From an uncultured Spirochaetota bacterium (GTDB lineage Bacteria > Spirochaetota > UBA4802 > UBA5550): a stretch of 64,000 nucleotides of DNA. Shown here piece by piece: positions 1 to 10,228 of this stretch; position 1 is the first letter of the stretch; each line of letters opens with the position of its first letter. Where the stretch lies: the NCBI GenBank assembly GCA_963827275.1, contig CAWHAA010000005.1, positions 320,001 through 384,000 of the forward strand. Direction: 5' to 3'. Below the pieces are notes generated by a model. It ran no database searches. It was not told where the DNA came from and saw nothing but the letters and a program-made list of their open reading frames with translations. The translations under genes were made by a program, and so were the position numbers.

Positions 1-99
1 GCCATGACAGGTTCTGCTTCACAATTCCCCGAAAAGATATTGACTCGTATCCAACAAATAATCCACCGTATTTTCACACAAAACCGGAGCAGCACTATA

Positions 100-882
100 A
101 TGGAATTTAAAGAAAAACGCCCTCTCTATCTGTTTGAAGAGATAATCTCCATCCTCAGGGGTGAACACGGGTGTCCCTGGGACAAAAAGCAGACCCACCA
201 GACCCTGCGGCCGTACCTCATAGAAGAAACCTACGAGGCGATTGATGCGATCGAGAGCGGCGATCCCGGACATATCAAGGAAGAACTGGGGGACATTCTC
301 CTGCAGATATACCTGCACGCCGAAATTGCCCGCGAAAAGGGGGAGTTTACCATCGATGACGTGGCGCAGGCAATAACCGACAAGATAATCCTCCGCCACC
401 CCCACGTGTTCGGCGATGACCGGGTCCGGGACGCGGACCAGGTCGTCGAACGGTGGGAGGAGATCAAGAAAAAGGAGAAGCCCCACCGCGAGTCCATGCT
501 TGACGGCGTGCCGAAGCACCTGCCGGCACTCCTGAAAGCGTACCGCATCCAGCAGAAGGTCTCCCGCGTCGGCTTCGACTGGGAAAAGATCGGGGATGTC
601 GCCGACAAGCTCGACGAGGAAGTCGGGGAGCTCAAGGAGGCACTCCGCTCCACCGACCCCGGGCGGATCGCCGACGAGGCGGGGGACATCCTTTTCAGCA
701 TAGCAAACCTGCTCCGCTTCATCAACATCAATCCGGAGGACGCCCTGAGCAGGACCAACAACAAGTTCATGGCGCGTTTCCGGCATATCGAGAAACGGGC
801 CGGCGAGATGAAAAAAAACATCGAGGATATGACGATCGACGAGATGGAGAGCCTCTGGCGGGAGGCAAAGGGAACGGTGTGA
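100..882 (+). CDS. mazG: Nucleoside triphosphate pyrophosphohydrolase MazG
   Basis: GCPWDKKQT, EETYE, EELGDILLQ, KIILRHPHVFG and GFDW motifs; ATG at 100 preferred over ORF start at 4. Confidence 0.93.
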   Translation: MEFKEKRPLYLFEEIISILRGEHGCPWDKKQTHQTLRPYLIEETYEAIDAIESGDPGHIKEELGDILLQIYLHAEIAREKGEFTIDDVAQAITDKIILRHPHVFGDDRVRDADQVVERWEEIKKKEKPHRESMLDGVPKHLPALLKAYRIQQKVSRVGFDWEKIGDVADKLDEEVGELKEALRSTDPGRIADEAGDILFSIANLLRFININPEDALSRTNNKFMARFRHIEKRAGEMKKNIEDMTIDEMESLWREAKGTV

Positions 883-908
883 CGGGGCGCCGCTTCAGGC
901 CGGCGCCC

Positions 909-2567
909 TCATTTTATTGCTCTGACACCCTCAATCTCCCGGAGTATCCGCTTCATGTCATCCGGTGAAATATTCCCGCGCCCGAACTTGTACGAATATA
1001 TTTCTTCTTTTATTCTGTCAATGGCGGCCCCGCTGGCATCCGGGCTTCCGGCCCCGTCCCTGCGCGCCTGTTCAAGCGATTTCTCTGCCGCCTTCAGGAA
1101 CCCTTCGCCGTCGCCACGGTCAATGCAGCGGGCCGCCTCGGCGTGATAGTCCTGCTCCGCGCGCGCGGGCCGTTCCTCCTCCTGCCGCCGGTCGCCCTCG
1201 TGCCCGTGAACGACCAGCCGGTACCGCTTCCGCTCCCAGACCACAACGAAGACGATCGCCCCCGCCAGCGCAATGACAATAAGGGCAATATAGAGGGGAT
1301 TGAAATCGACACGCTTCTCCTTCTCCTCGTCAAAGCGGGCCCCCTGCCGGGCGCCGTCGCCTTTGGCGGTAAAGGAAATCTCTCCGGACAGGGCGGTCTC
1401 ATACTTCCCGCTTTCAGGGTTGAAGAAGGTGAACCTGAAGCGCCCGGGGTTCATGAGGCCGGCCTTTTCCGGCACCAGGGTATAGATATATTTCTTGCTC
1501 CCCCGCAGCCTGCCTCCGTCGATTTTGATAGCGCTTTCTCCTTCCTCCGCTATCACCTTGAGGCCGGGCACTTCGCGCTCGAGCGAGGGCTTCGTCATGG
1601 TGACCAGGTTGCCCGCCCCCTCCACCGTCACGGCGATTTTTTTCTCATCGTACACCCTGACTTCGCCATCCGGGCTGTCAGCACGGATGGTGAAACTGCC
1701 GATATCGCCCTGGAAGGTATCAGGCCTGCCCTGCTCCGGCAGCGGCACAATCGCGATGGATTTGGTGTCAAAGGGGAGGACCTGGGTACGGGTGAAGCCG
1801 GGAACATTCATACCGAAAAATTCATCTATACGGCGGCGCGATGACGTCTCCACTGCCAGGAGCGCCGACCCCCCGCCGACGCGGTAGCTCCCCGCGCCCG
1901 CCGGTATCAGCGCGAAGGTGGCGATGTGCGCCCTGGCGTACTCTCCCTCGCGCCCCTGTTCGCCGAGCGCGGGGTCATCGATCATCTTTATCGCGAACCC
2001 CTTCGTGTCAGGGAATTGATTGAAGCGCTGGGCGCTCGCGCGCAGCCCCGCAGTGAGCAGGTAATATCTCATGATGACGGGCTGTCCCACGTAGGCGGTA
2101 CCGGAGGAAAGCTCCACCGAGGACCTGATGTCCGCAATGGCGGACCCGCCCCCATCGGCCGGGGAGCCGCCGCCGGCCGCCACCGTGAGGGAAACCTCTT
2201 CAGAGAGGAGCCTCTCTTTTCCGCGCTGCAGAACGAGCGGGGGGATCCGGTAGCGTCCGGCCTTACGGGCGGTCACGGAGAAAAGAAGCTTCACCCCCGA
2301 CCAGGACCTGCCGTTGACATACTCATAGCTCTGTTCCATGCCGCTGTACTCGATCGTAAGCCCGGGGACGGACGGGTACTGCACCGGCTTAATCCCGTCT
2401 GCATCGCCGGAGAGCCTGATACGGAGCATGGTCGAGTCGCCCACCTCAATGGAAGATTCCTCGATCTCGGTTTCAAGCCGCGCCGCGCCGTACGCGCCGG
2501 CGGCGTTGAGCGCGAGTATCGCGCAGAGCAGGATCTTACCAGTATTTTTCAAGCTTTCTCTTTTCAT
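909..2567 (-). CDS. batD: BatD-family protein
   Basis: Signal peptide, SYEYVNG and GDIGSF motifs, C-terminal TM helix; last gene of the Bat cluster. Confidence 0.8.
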   Translation of the reverse strand: MKRESLKNTGKILLCAILALNAAGAYGAARLETEIEESSIEVGDSTMLRIRLSGDADGIKPVQYPSVPGLTIEYSGMEQSYEYVNGRSWSGVKLLFSVTARKAGRYRIPPLVLQRGKERLLSEEVSLTVAAGGGSPADGGGSAIADIRSSVELSSGTAYVGQPVIMRYYLLTAGLRASAQRFNQFPDTKGFAIKMIDDPALGEQGREGEYARAHIATFALIPAGAGSYRVGGGSALLAVETSSRRRIDEFFGMNVPGFTRTQVLPFDTKSIAIVPLPEQGRPDTFQGDIGSFTIRADSPDGEVRVYDEKKIAVTVEGAGNLVTMTKPSLEREVPGLKVIAEEGESAIKIDGGRLRGSKKYIYTLVPEKAGLMNPGRFRFTFFNPESGKYETALSGEISFTAKGDGARQGARFDEEKEKRVDFNPLYIALIVIALAGAIVFVVVWERKRYRLVVHGHEGDRRQEEERPARAEQDYHAEAARCIDRGDGEGFLKAAEKSLEQARRDGAGSPDASGAAIDRIKEEIYSYKFGRGNISPDDMKRILREIEGVRAIK

Positions 2568-3252
2568 CGCCGCTCCCTTTCTGTCTCCGCACCGGACTCT
2601 GCTGCAGGGACCGGAGGATATTCTTGACCTGTTCCTTGTTCATGCTGTTCTCCCCGCGGTTGCTCTTATCACCCTGCCGGTTCTCCTGTTTTTTATCCCG
2701 GTTCTTGTTGTCCTGCCCGGACTTGTCTTTATCCTTTGTAGTATCCTTGTTGTCTTTATTATCTTTCTTGTCTTTATTATCTTTCTTTTCTTTTTTGTCT
2801 TTATTGTCCTGATTCATATGTTTCAGCACGTACTCGATATTTTTCTTCGCCCGGTCGTACCCGGGATCGATCTTCAGCGCGTTCATATAGGCGTTGATGG
2901 CCTCACGGTAATTCTTCTGCTTGAGATACACGTTGCCAGAATTAAAAAAGGCCTTTTTCTGCACGTCCCGGTCGTCCGACTGGACAGCGCGCTGGTACCC
3001 GGTCAGGGCGTTATCGCCGTCCTCGAGCATGTAGTCCGCGTCCGCGCTGTTGAAGGCGAGCTTCTTTTTATCGTCCTCGCCCGGCGCATACTTTTCAGCT
3101 TTCTCGTAATACCGCTTGGCGTTGTTGTATTTCTTCTGGTTGAATTCCTCGTTGCCGCTCGAAACGGCATCACGGTAGGGATCAAGCCACGAAATTGAAA
3201 GAAACGCGCAGATGACCATTGCCGGTACAAATGCCGCATGCTTTCCAGTCAT
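2536..3252 (-). CDS. batC: TPR protein, BatC-like, with Asp/Lys/Asn-rich tail
   Basis: TPR motifs (FNSGNVYLKQKNYREAINAYMNALKIDP), DKKDNK repeats, C-terminal KYW; AAGGAG RBS before ATG 3252. Confidence 0.8.
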   Translation of the reverse strand: MTGKHAAFVPAMVICAFLSISWLDPYRDAVSSGNEEFNQKKYNNAKRYYEKAEKYAPGEDDKKKLAFNSADADYMLEDGDNALTGYQRAVQSDDRDVQKKAFFNSGNVYLKQKNYREAINAYMNALKIDPGYDRAKKNIEYVLKHMNQDNKDKKEKKDNKDKKDNKDNKDTTKDKDKSGQDNKNRDKKQENRQGDKSNRGENSMNKEQVKNILRSLQQSPVRRQKGSGDEKRKLEKYW

Positions 3253-3331
3253 ATCGCCGGTCTCCTTCTTAACTATTAATACTGGCATCAATGTACGGCA
3301 CCCTGCCGCCTGACATAGAATCAACGCCTCT

Positions 3332-4333
3332 TTATCTTCTGCGCTCCGGCAGCATCAACTCCACCGAAAGGAGAATGAGCAAAACAAGCACGAAAATCTG
3401 GTACTGCTCGCGGGGTTCCTTGATGATACGCGAGCCGAACTTGCTCCGCTGCTGTTCCGAGATGATGTCCATCACGTAATGGAGGCCCGAGAAACCGTCC
3501 GTTATATCGATGTATGAGCCGCGGGTGAGACCGGCGATGCGCTTCAGGAAAGACGCGTCCTTCGCCGTCTTCACCAGCTTCCCGCCCGAATCCCGGTAAT
3601 AGCTGTCGGGGGACGTGTTGTCGCCGGCCGCCGGTATCACCTCGCCGCCCGCCCTGCCGATGCCCACGGTATAGATGGCGACGTCCATCTCCCGGAATAT
3701 CTTCGCTGCGTCCTCGGCGGTCCCTTCATGGTCTTCGCCGTCCGTGATGATAATAAGGATACGCGACGTGAGCCGCTTGTCCTTGAAGACGCGGGCCGCC
3801 TGCTTGAGCGCCATGCCGATGTCCGTGCCCTTCAGGTTGATCGAATCCGGCGAGGCCGCGTCGAGAAACATCATGAAGGCGCCGTAGTCGTTGGTCAGGG
3901 GGCACTGGAGGAACGCGTCGCCGGAAAAGAGGACCAGGCCCACGCGGTCCCCCGCAAGGGACTCGACGATCCACCGGACCGCGTCCCTGGCGCGCCCGAG
4001 CCGGCTCGGCTTCACGTCCTGGGCAAGCATGCTGGGGCTCACGTCAAGTGCGATGAGCACGTCAGCGCCCTCGTTGTTGACCTCGCGCACCTGTTCCCCC
4101 CACTGCGGCCGCAGGAGCGCCACGGCGCAGAGCACAATTGAAATGACGACAAGGGCCTGCTTCGCCCGCGCGACAGCGCCGGAGCCCTGTATGAGATGGT
4201 TCCGCGCCACGCCGCGCCTGAGGAGCGCGATGGCGCGGCGCTTCCACACAAGGTAGAATACGAACAGCGCGAGGGTCACTGCCGCGGCCGAGACGATGTA
4301 GATAAGATACTGATAGTTACCTAATTGCATCAT
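3332..4333 (-). CDS. batB: VWA-domain protein BatB
   Basis: RPQWG, DVSPSM MIDAS motif, PLTNDY, ITDGEDH. Confidence 0.88.
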   Translation of the reverse strand: MMQLGNYQYLIYIVSAAAVTLALFVFYLVWKRRAIALLRRGVARNHLIQGSGAVARAKQALVVISIVLCAVALLRPQWGEQVREVNNEGADVLIALDVSPSMLAQDVKPSRLGRARDAVRWIVESLAGDRVGLVLFSGDAFLQCPLTNDYGAFMMFLDAASPDSINLKGTDIGMALKQAARVFKDKRLTSRILIIITDGEDHEGTAEDAAKIFREMDVAIYTVGIGRAGGEVIPAAGDNTSPDSYYRDSGGKLVKTAKDASFLKRIAGLTRGSYIDITDGFSGLHYVMDIISEQQRSKFGSRIIKEPREQYQIFVLVLLILLSVELMLPERRR

Positions 4334-4387
4334 GACACCGTGACCCCCCTGTCGCTCCGGGGACACCCGCAGGAAAAATGCTGACCG

Positions 4388-4579
4388 CCCCCCTGTCCCC
4401 CGCTGGGGGCACGTGCGATCATACTTGTACTATAACCCTTACCTGATCTCATCACTAACCGCATTGAGGTCTTTCATAACTTCTTCATTAAAATCGTTAT
4501 ATAATAATCCCCGTTCTCTTCATGTTCCATGATATACATCCAAACCCTTCATTCGTGCCCCCTGCGGGGGACAGGGGGG
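4388..4579. mobile_element. Inverted pair of family-B GC hairpin repeats enclosing an AT-rich spacer (MITE/REPIN-like)
   Basis: CCCCCCTGTCCCCCGCTGGGGGCACG (4388-4413) and inverted CGTGCCCCCTGCGGGGGACAGGGGGG (4554-4579). Confidence 0.7.
4439..4523 (-). pseudogene. Decayed C-terminal fragment of a DUF559-like endonuclease
   Basis: Manual translation across one stop and one frameshift gives MKRTGIII*RF-NEEVMKDLNAVSDEIR*, resembling the DUF559 tail GxxVLRFxNxEVxxxLxxVxxxI. Confidence 0.55.
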
Positions 4580-4581
4580 TC

Positions 4582-5577
4582 TTACGGCACCTTCCGGTAA
4601 AAAACGGAGCGGAGCAGTATTTCAAGAAAAAAGAGCGCCGCCGCCGCCACGATAAACCACTGGAAGCGGTCGTAAAACTCGTGGTACTGCTTCAGCTCCA
4701 CCTGGCTCTTTTCGAGCCGGTCGATGTCCCTGATGTTCTGCCAGAGGACGCCGGCCGAGGTCGCGTTGAAGAACTTTCCGCCCGTGGTCTCGGCGATTTT
4801 TTTCAGCGTATCCTCATCCATGTCCATGACGACATGGCGGGTCATCCCCATGAACCCGGTGGGGTATGGGACCGGCTCGCCCTTCTTCCCTATCCCCACG
4901 GCGTAGATCCGGATCCCCATTTCCGCCGCCGCCTTCGCTGCGGTCTCCGGGTCCATGCTCCCCCGGTTGTTCATCCCGTCGGTCACGAGCAGGATGACCC
5001 TGCTCTTCGACGTGCTCTCCATCATGCGCGCCGTGGCAAGGGCGATCGCATCGCCGATGGCGGTGCCGTCAACGTGCACCGACTCGAAATCGACCTCCTG
5101 CACGATGTCCCGTATCATCCGGTGCTCCAGTGTCAGCGGGCACTGCAAATAGGCCTCGCCCGCGAACACCACCATGCCGACGCGGTCGGTCTTTCTGCGT
5201 GACACGAAGTCCTCGATCACCTTCTTGGACACCGCGAGGCGGTTCTTCGGCTGGAAGTCCTCGGCAAGCATGGAGAGGGAAACATCCATGGCGATCATGA
5301 TGTCCACGCCGAGGTTCTTGACGCTCGAGTAGTGGACCCCCTTGCCCGGCCGCGACAGCGCGACGATCAGGAGCAGGAGCGCCGCAAACCTCAGGACGGG
5401 CAGGAAGCGGTACGTGCGCGCCCGTATGGAGCCCCTGGCGCGGACGACCCTCTCGGAGGATATCGCCACCGCCGCCTCGCGGTTATAGAGCTTCCGGAAG
5501 AGAAACCAGAAGAGCATCGCCGCCCACGGAACAAGCAGGAGCAGCATCAGCGGCGTCTTGAACTCAAGCTGTTCCAT
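4582..5577 (-). CDS. batA: VWA-domain protein BatA
   Basis: DVSLSM MIDAS motif, GTAIGDAI, VTDGMNN, IDRLEKS. Confidence 0.9.
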   Translation of the reverse strand: MEQLEFKTPLMLLLLVPWAAMLFWFLFRKLYNREAAVAISSERVVRARGSIRARTYRFLPVLRFAALLLLIVALSRPGKGVHYSSVKNLGVDIMIAMDVSLSMLAEDFQPKNRLAVSKKVIEDFVSRRKTDRVGMVVFAGEAYLQCPLTLEHRMIRDIVQEVDFESVHVDGTAIGDAIALATARMMESTSKSRVILLVTDGMNNRGSMDPETAAKAAAEMGIRIYAVGIGKKGEPVPYPTGFMGMTRHVVMDMDEDTLKKIAETTGGKFFNATSAGVLWQNIRDIDRLEKSQVELKQYHEFYDRFQWFIVAAAALFFLEILLRSVFYRKVP

Positions 5578-6562
5578 CGCCCGCGTCTCCCGATAATTTT
5601 TTCGCCAGGCCCACGGTGCGGTCGAGGCTGGAATGCAGGAGCTCCGCCGACGGCGTGAACTCCGCGAACTTGGAGAGGTCCCACAGGTTCAGGACGCCCA
5701 TGATGTCGCCATGGTGCGCGTCGTACAGGCCCGCGGGGAACACCTTCCTGATTTTTTTCTCTATCTCGTAGGTGGTCATGTCGGTCGCATCAAACCCGAA
5801 CTGCGACGACAGGAATTTTCTGAATATCATGGAGATGCCGAACACGAATTCGTCGATCTTCCCCTCGGCGATAAGCCTGTCGCCGGCGAAGGCGCCGATC
5901 TCATTAAAAAAGATCCGTATCGGGGGAATGATGACCGGGGCCGCGAGACGCGCCGCCCGCCATCTCGTGAAATACCGCCATCCGACAAAGGCGGCGATCC
6001 CGGCGGCGATGAGGCCCAGGACCAGGAACGCGAGGCGCCAGTAGTTGCCGCCCAGGGCCAGCGGCGGTTCGATTTCCTGGAACTCTCCCTTTTCGTTGAG
6101 CGCGGCGATCTCCACCTTCGGGACCTGGTACCCGATTGCGATCCCGTCCGCGCCCCTGATCTCGACATCGGGCAGCTGCCAGGTGCCGGGATGGTAAAAC
6201 GACATTTGCAGTATCACGGTGATATCGGTCATGGCCGCATCTGACCGGTCGTCCTTCTTTATCGAATGAATAACATACACGGGAACATACTGCGCCGGGT
6301 CATCTTCCGGTTTTTCCCCGTCGGCTTTCTTTTTCGGCGCGGCGTCCTTCTTTGTTTCCTGGTAGAATTCGCGCTTCTCGGGCGGGTTGATCGACAGCGC
6401 CGAACGGCCCTTCACCGCCACGTTGACGCGGTACTCAAGCAATGCGCCCACGGTTGCCTTCTGCGGAGTAACGGTGGCCTTGATCAGGGGTGCGCCCTGT
6501 TCACCCGGGGCCGCCGCCATCACCAGGAGGGCGGCCGCAATTGTCATCACTCTCGATTTCAT
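5564..6562 (-). CDS. Bat-operon membrane protein of unknown function
   Basis: Signal peptide, central TM helix, DMTTYEI and DLSKFA motifs; lies between DUF58 and batA. Confidence 0.7.
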   Translation of the reverse strand: MKSRVMTIAAALLVMAAAPGEQGAPLIKATVTPQKATVGALLEYRVNVAVKGRSALSINPPEKREFYQETKKDAAPKKKADGEKPEDDPAQYVPVYVIHSIKKDDRSDAAMTDITVILQMSFYHPGTWQLPDVEIRGADGIAIGYQVPKVEIAALNEKGEFQEIEPPLALGGNYWRLAFLVLGLIAAGIAAFVGWRYFTRWRAARLAAPVIIPPIRIFFNEIGAFAGDRLIAEGKIDEFVFGISMIFRKFLSSQFGFDATDMTTYEIEKKIRKVFPAGLYDAHHGDIMGVLNLWDLSKFAEFTPSAELLHSSLDRTVGLAKKLSGDAGDGTA

Positions 6563-6566
6563 GCGC

Positions 6567-7406
6567 TCAGGACCTCGTAATCCTGGTTCGGTTGCGTTTC
6601 TCGAAATATTTCAGTATCGGGATCTCGATCGGCTCGGCGGTGCTCAAGGAGATGGCGTTGAATTCAGCCAGGACCGGGAAATTCCCTTTTTCCGGGACCG
6701 CGTCGGAGAGGAACACCTTCCCGGTCTCGAGGTCCACGAACTCGGTGAGCCCGAAGAAGCGGGCCTCCTTTTCAAGCGGGTCTGACACCTGTATCGGGAT
6801 GATGTCGTGCTTTCTCGCAAGCAGCTTCATCTTGAGGACAAAGCCGTCATCCGGGTCAAGGAAGTCCGAGATGATGAAGACGATGCTCCGCTTCTTGAGG
6901 ACGCGCTGGACGAAGTCGATGGCGGCCGATATGCGCGTTTCCCTTCCCGCGGGCCTGAATTTCACGATCTCGTCGAGCACTTTCAAAACGAACTTGCGCC
7001 CCTTCTTGGCGCGGATGAAGCGCTCGACCCGGTCGGTAAAGATGCAGGCGCTCACGCGGTCGTTGTTGATCTGCGCCAGGTTCAGGAAGAGCGCGGCGAC
7101 CTCGAGCACCAGGTCCCGCTTCCGCCTGCCGCTGCCGAACTCGGTGGACCCCGACATGTCGATCATGAGCACCACGGAGAGCTCGCGCTCCTCGATGTAC
7201 TCCTTGATGTAGAGGTTGCGCATCCGCGCGGACACGTTCCAGTCGATGTTCCGGACGTCGTCGCCGTACTGGTATTCGCGCACCGAGTCGAACGACAGCC
7301 CGTGCCCCTTGAAGGCCGAGTGGTACTCGCCCATAAAGAGGGTGTTGATCTTCTTTCCGGGCTGGAGCCGTATCTTCTTTAAGAGCCCGAGTTCCCCGGT
7401 TTCCAC
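6567..7406 (-). CDS. DUF58 protein
   Basis: GEYHSAFKGHG, VREYQYGDDVRNIDWNVSAR, ISDF. Confidence 0.92.
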   Translation of the reverse strand: METGELGLLKKIRLQPGKKINTLFMGEYHSAFKGHGLSFDSVREYQYGDDVRNIDWNVSARMRNLYIKEYIEERELSVVLMIDMSGSTEFGSGRRKRDLVLEVAALFLNLAQINNDRVSACIFTDRVERFIRAKKGRKFVLKVLDEIVKFRPAGRETRISAAIDFVQRVLKKRSIVFIISDFLDPDDGFVLKMKLLARKHDIIPIQVSDPLEKEARFFGLTEFVDLETGKVFLSDAVPEKGNFPVLAEFNAISLSTAEPIEIPILKYFEKRNRTRITRS

Positions 7407-8390
7407 TTACGGGACCTCCACGGAATCGAACAGCATTTTCACCACGTCGTCGGCGCTCTTGCCGTCCGCCTCCGCCTCGTAGGAGAGGATGATGCGGTGC
7501 CGCAGCACGTCGGCGCCGATCTCCTTGATGTCGTCCGGGGTGACGAAGCCCCGGCCCCTGATGAAGGCGATGCAGCGCGACGCCTTCATGAGCGCGATCG
7601 AGGCCCGCGGGCTCGCGCCGAACTCGATGTATTTCTTCAGCTCCTTGCGCGACGGCCGCCTGGTCTCGCCCACGATGGTGACGATGTAGTCGATGAGCTT
7701 GTCGTCAATGTATATCTTTTCGATTATTTCAGCTTTCTTCGCGATGCTGTCCGGCGAGATCACCTTCTTGACATTATCCAGATTTATTTCGCTGAAGCGG
7801 TTCAGGATCTCCTTCTCCTGCTCGTGCGTGGGGTACTCCACCAGGACCTTCATGAAGAAGCGGTCGAGCTGCGCCTCGGGCAGGGGATAGGTGCCCTCCT
7901 GCTCGATGGGGTTTTCGGTGGCAAGCACCATGAAGGGCCGTGCAAGGGCGTGGGTCTCCTCGCCTATGGTGACCTGCCGCTCCTCCATGCACTGGAGGAG
8001 CGCCGACTGCACCTTTGCCGGGGCGCGGTTTATCTCGTCCGCGAGGAGCAGGTTCGTAAAGATAGGCCCTTTCCGGGTGAAGAAGTCGAGCTCTTTCGGG
8101 TTATAGATGCGGGTACCGATGAGGTCCGCGGGAAGCAGGTCCGGGGTGAACTGCACCCTCTGGAACGAAGTGTCGATGACGCGGGCAAAGACCCGTATGG
8201 CGAGGGTCTTGGCCAGGCCGGGAAGCCCCTCAAGCAATATGTGCCCCTCGGAAATAAAGGAGATCAGTATCCGGTCCACAAGGGCCTCCTGGCCCACGAT
8301 GACCTTTGCTATCTCCGCTTTTATCTTACCGACAAAATCATTCTCAGCCTTCACTTTTTCAGTGAGCTTTTCAATCTCGGCGTAATCCAT
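7407..8390 (-). CDS. moxR: MoxR-family AAA+ ATPase
   Basis: GLPGLAKT, QFTPDLLPAD, ADEINRAPAKVQSALL, GASPRA. Confidence 0.95.
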   Translation of the reverse strand: MDYAEIEKLTEKVKAENDFVGKIKAEIAKVIVGQEALVDRILISFISEGHILLEGLPGLAKTLAIRVFARVIDTSFQRVQFTPDLLPADLIGTRIYNPKELDFFTRKGPIFTNLLLADEINRAPAKVQSALLQCMEERQVTIGEETHALARPFMVLATENPIEQEGTYPLPEAQLDRFFMKVLVEYPTHEQEKEILNRFSEINLDNVKKVISPDSIAKKAEIIEKIYIDDKLIDYIVTIVGETRRPSRKELKKYIEFGASPRASIALMKASRCIAFIRGRGFVTPDDIKEIGADVLRHRIILSYEAEADGKSADDVVKMLFDSVEVP

Positions 8391-8827
8391 AGCGCGTCTC
8401 CACGAACGATAGTAATAAAAGGATGTAAGGTATGAAATTTAAAGATATATACTTTTGTCTACAAGAAAAACCGTGTTACTCTATGGCAAACGAAGCCATC
8501 GATATACCAAATTGTTTAGTGATGGCGTTGCCAATAATGTTACACGTGAGTGTACTCAATACAAAAAATATCGGCGGGGGCTGCACCAGGCAAATCGGCA
8601 ACACAGCGCGATCAATATCGCGCTACCGGCTGCATAATACTGAACAAACTAAAATTTTTATATAGCGAATTCCCGCCTGTGACTAAACTCCATAAACTCG
8701 GTTTTGAAGGCAATTTTGACTTGATAAAAAAACAATTTCTATTCAGATTTGCAGATACATCACACTATTGCCAGAACATGCTATTTTTCCATGGTATGCA
8801 ACATAATCTATCAAGAGGAGGAACATC

Positions 8828-10114
8828 ATGCCCATCCATGACAAAGACTTTATCAAGGCCCTCGAAGTCGGAAGGCCGCCGAACATAACGAAGCTTTTCC
8901 CCAACTCAAAGGCGCTCCTGGTGAGCGGGAAAGTGATCGACCGGGCCATGATTGCGAAAGGGAACGCCATCGCCATCGCCGCGAACGTACGGAACAGCTT
9001 CGTCATTCGGGGCGCCCTCATGGCCGCACAGCGCGCGAACGCTGCGATCATCCTTGAAATAGCGAAATCAGAGGGCGGCGCCAAGGCCTACTGTGCCGTC
9101 AATTACTGGAACATGGCGACCCTGATCGATGCGGTCTGCAACGAACTGGGCATCACCGTCCCGGTCGCGATCCATGCCGACCACTACGGCATCCAGAACG
9201 ACAAGGACCTGGCCGCCGCGAAAATCGAAATCCCCACCATGTTCGACGCCGGCATGACGTCCATCGCGATCGACGCGTCGCACCTGCCCGACGACAAGAA
9301 CCTTCTCGCGAGCATCGAGCTCAATCCGCTGGTCCCGAAATGGGCCGGCCTCGAAACGGAGGTCGGCGAGATCAAGGGGAAGGAAGGGCTGTCGACGCCG
9401 GAAGAGGCGCTTTTCCTCATCCAGGGCCTGAACGCGCACGACATCTTTCCCGACTGGATCGCCCTGAACAACGGCACCACGCACGGGATAGAGGAGAGCG
9501 ACGCGGGGATACAGGTCGACCTTACCGCGAAGATACACGCGGCCATCGAAAAATACAAGGTCTCCGGCGCGCAGCACGGGACCTCCGGCAACAGCTCGGA
9601 CCGGCTCCGCCAGATAGCGCAGAAAACCAGGACCACGAAGGCGAACGTCGCCACCGCCCTGCAGATGATCTCCTGGGGCCTGGAAGTCAACGACTACGGA
9701 AACGCCATCATGGACGCGAGCAAGAACTTCAAGAAGACCAAAGGCGCCGGTGTAACCGAGGAGATGTGGGAGGAGATGGTGAAGTACGCCACGGAAAAGA
9801 CCCTCAAGGCGGGTGATTACAAGAAGCTGAACCTCCCCTTCGAGAACAAGCTCACCGGGCTGCCGCGCGATGTCCGCGACCGCATGGCGAAGGGCGTGGA
9901 GGACTTCGTTTATGGAATGCTCGCAAATGTCCTCAACGCGAAGGACACGGCGCCGATGGGGATCGAAGCCATACTCAAGGCAAAATCCTACGACCTCGGC
10001 CCTAAGATGTCACGTATCGAGGACCCGAAAGAATGGACCAAGGAGAAAATAATTGAGAGGGCAAAAGTCTTTTCCAAGGCTCCCGACACCTCCGGCAAAG
10101 ACCATAGCGATTAA
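8828..10114 (+). CDS. fba: Class II fructose-bisphosphate aldolase
   Basis: HADH, DASH, ETEVGEI, NGTTHG, QHGTSG, KANVAT; GAGGAGG RBS. Confidence 0.88.
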   Translation: MPIHDKDFIKALEVGRPPNITKLFPNSKALLVSGKVIDRAMIAKGNAIAIAANVRNSFVIRGALMAAQRANAAIILEIAKSEGGAKAYCAVNYWNMATLIDAVCNELGITVPVAIHADHYGIQNDKDLAAAKIEIPTMFDAGMTSIAIDASHLPDDKNLLASIELNPLVPKWAGLETEVGEIKGKEGLSTPEEALFLIQGLNAHDIFPDWIALNNGTTHGIEESDAGIQVDLTAKIHAAIEKYKVSGAQHGTSGNSSDRLRQIAQKTRTTKANVATALQMISWGLEVNDYGNAIMDASKNFKKTKGAGVTEEMWEEMVKYATEKTLKAGDYKKLNLPFENKLTGLPRDVRDRMAKGVEDFVYGMLANVLNAKDTAPMGIEAILKAKSYDLGPKMSRIEDPKEWTKEKIIERAKVFSKAPDTSGKDHSD

Positions 10115-10127
10115 GATGACAGCGCAC

Positions 10128-10158
10128 GCGATGCCCCGTAATGCGGGGCATCGCTTTA
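10128..10158 (+). terminator. Probable intrinsic terminator after fba
   Basis: GCGATGCCCCG-taatg-CGGGGCATCGC followed by TTTA. Confidence 0.65.
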
Positions 10159-10228
10159 TAAAAACAGATGTAACAAAAAGAGCAGGCATGTTCCTCAGAT
10201 ATACATATAGCAGCTCCCGGGAGGATTA

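Noticed and set aside
2690..2815. Tandem repeat-like DNA in batC
   Set aside because: Encodes the low-complexity charged linker usual in BatC
8605..8624. Hairpin AGCGCGAT-caat-ATCGCGCT in the moxR-fba intergenic region
   Set aside because: Single short copy with no U-tract or other support
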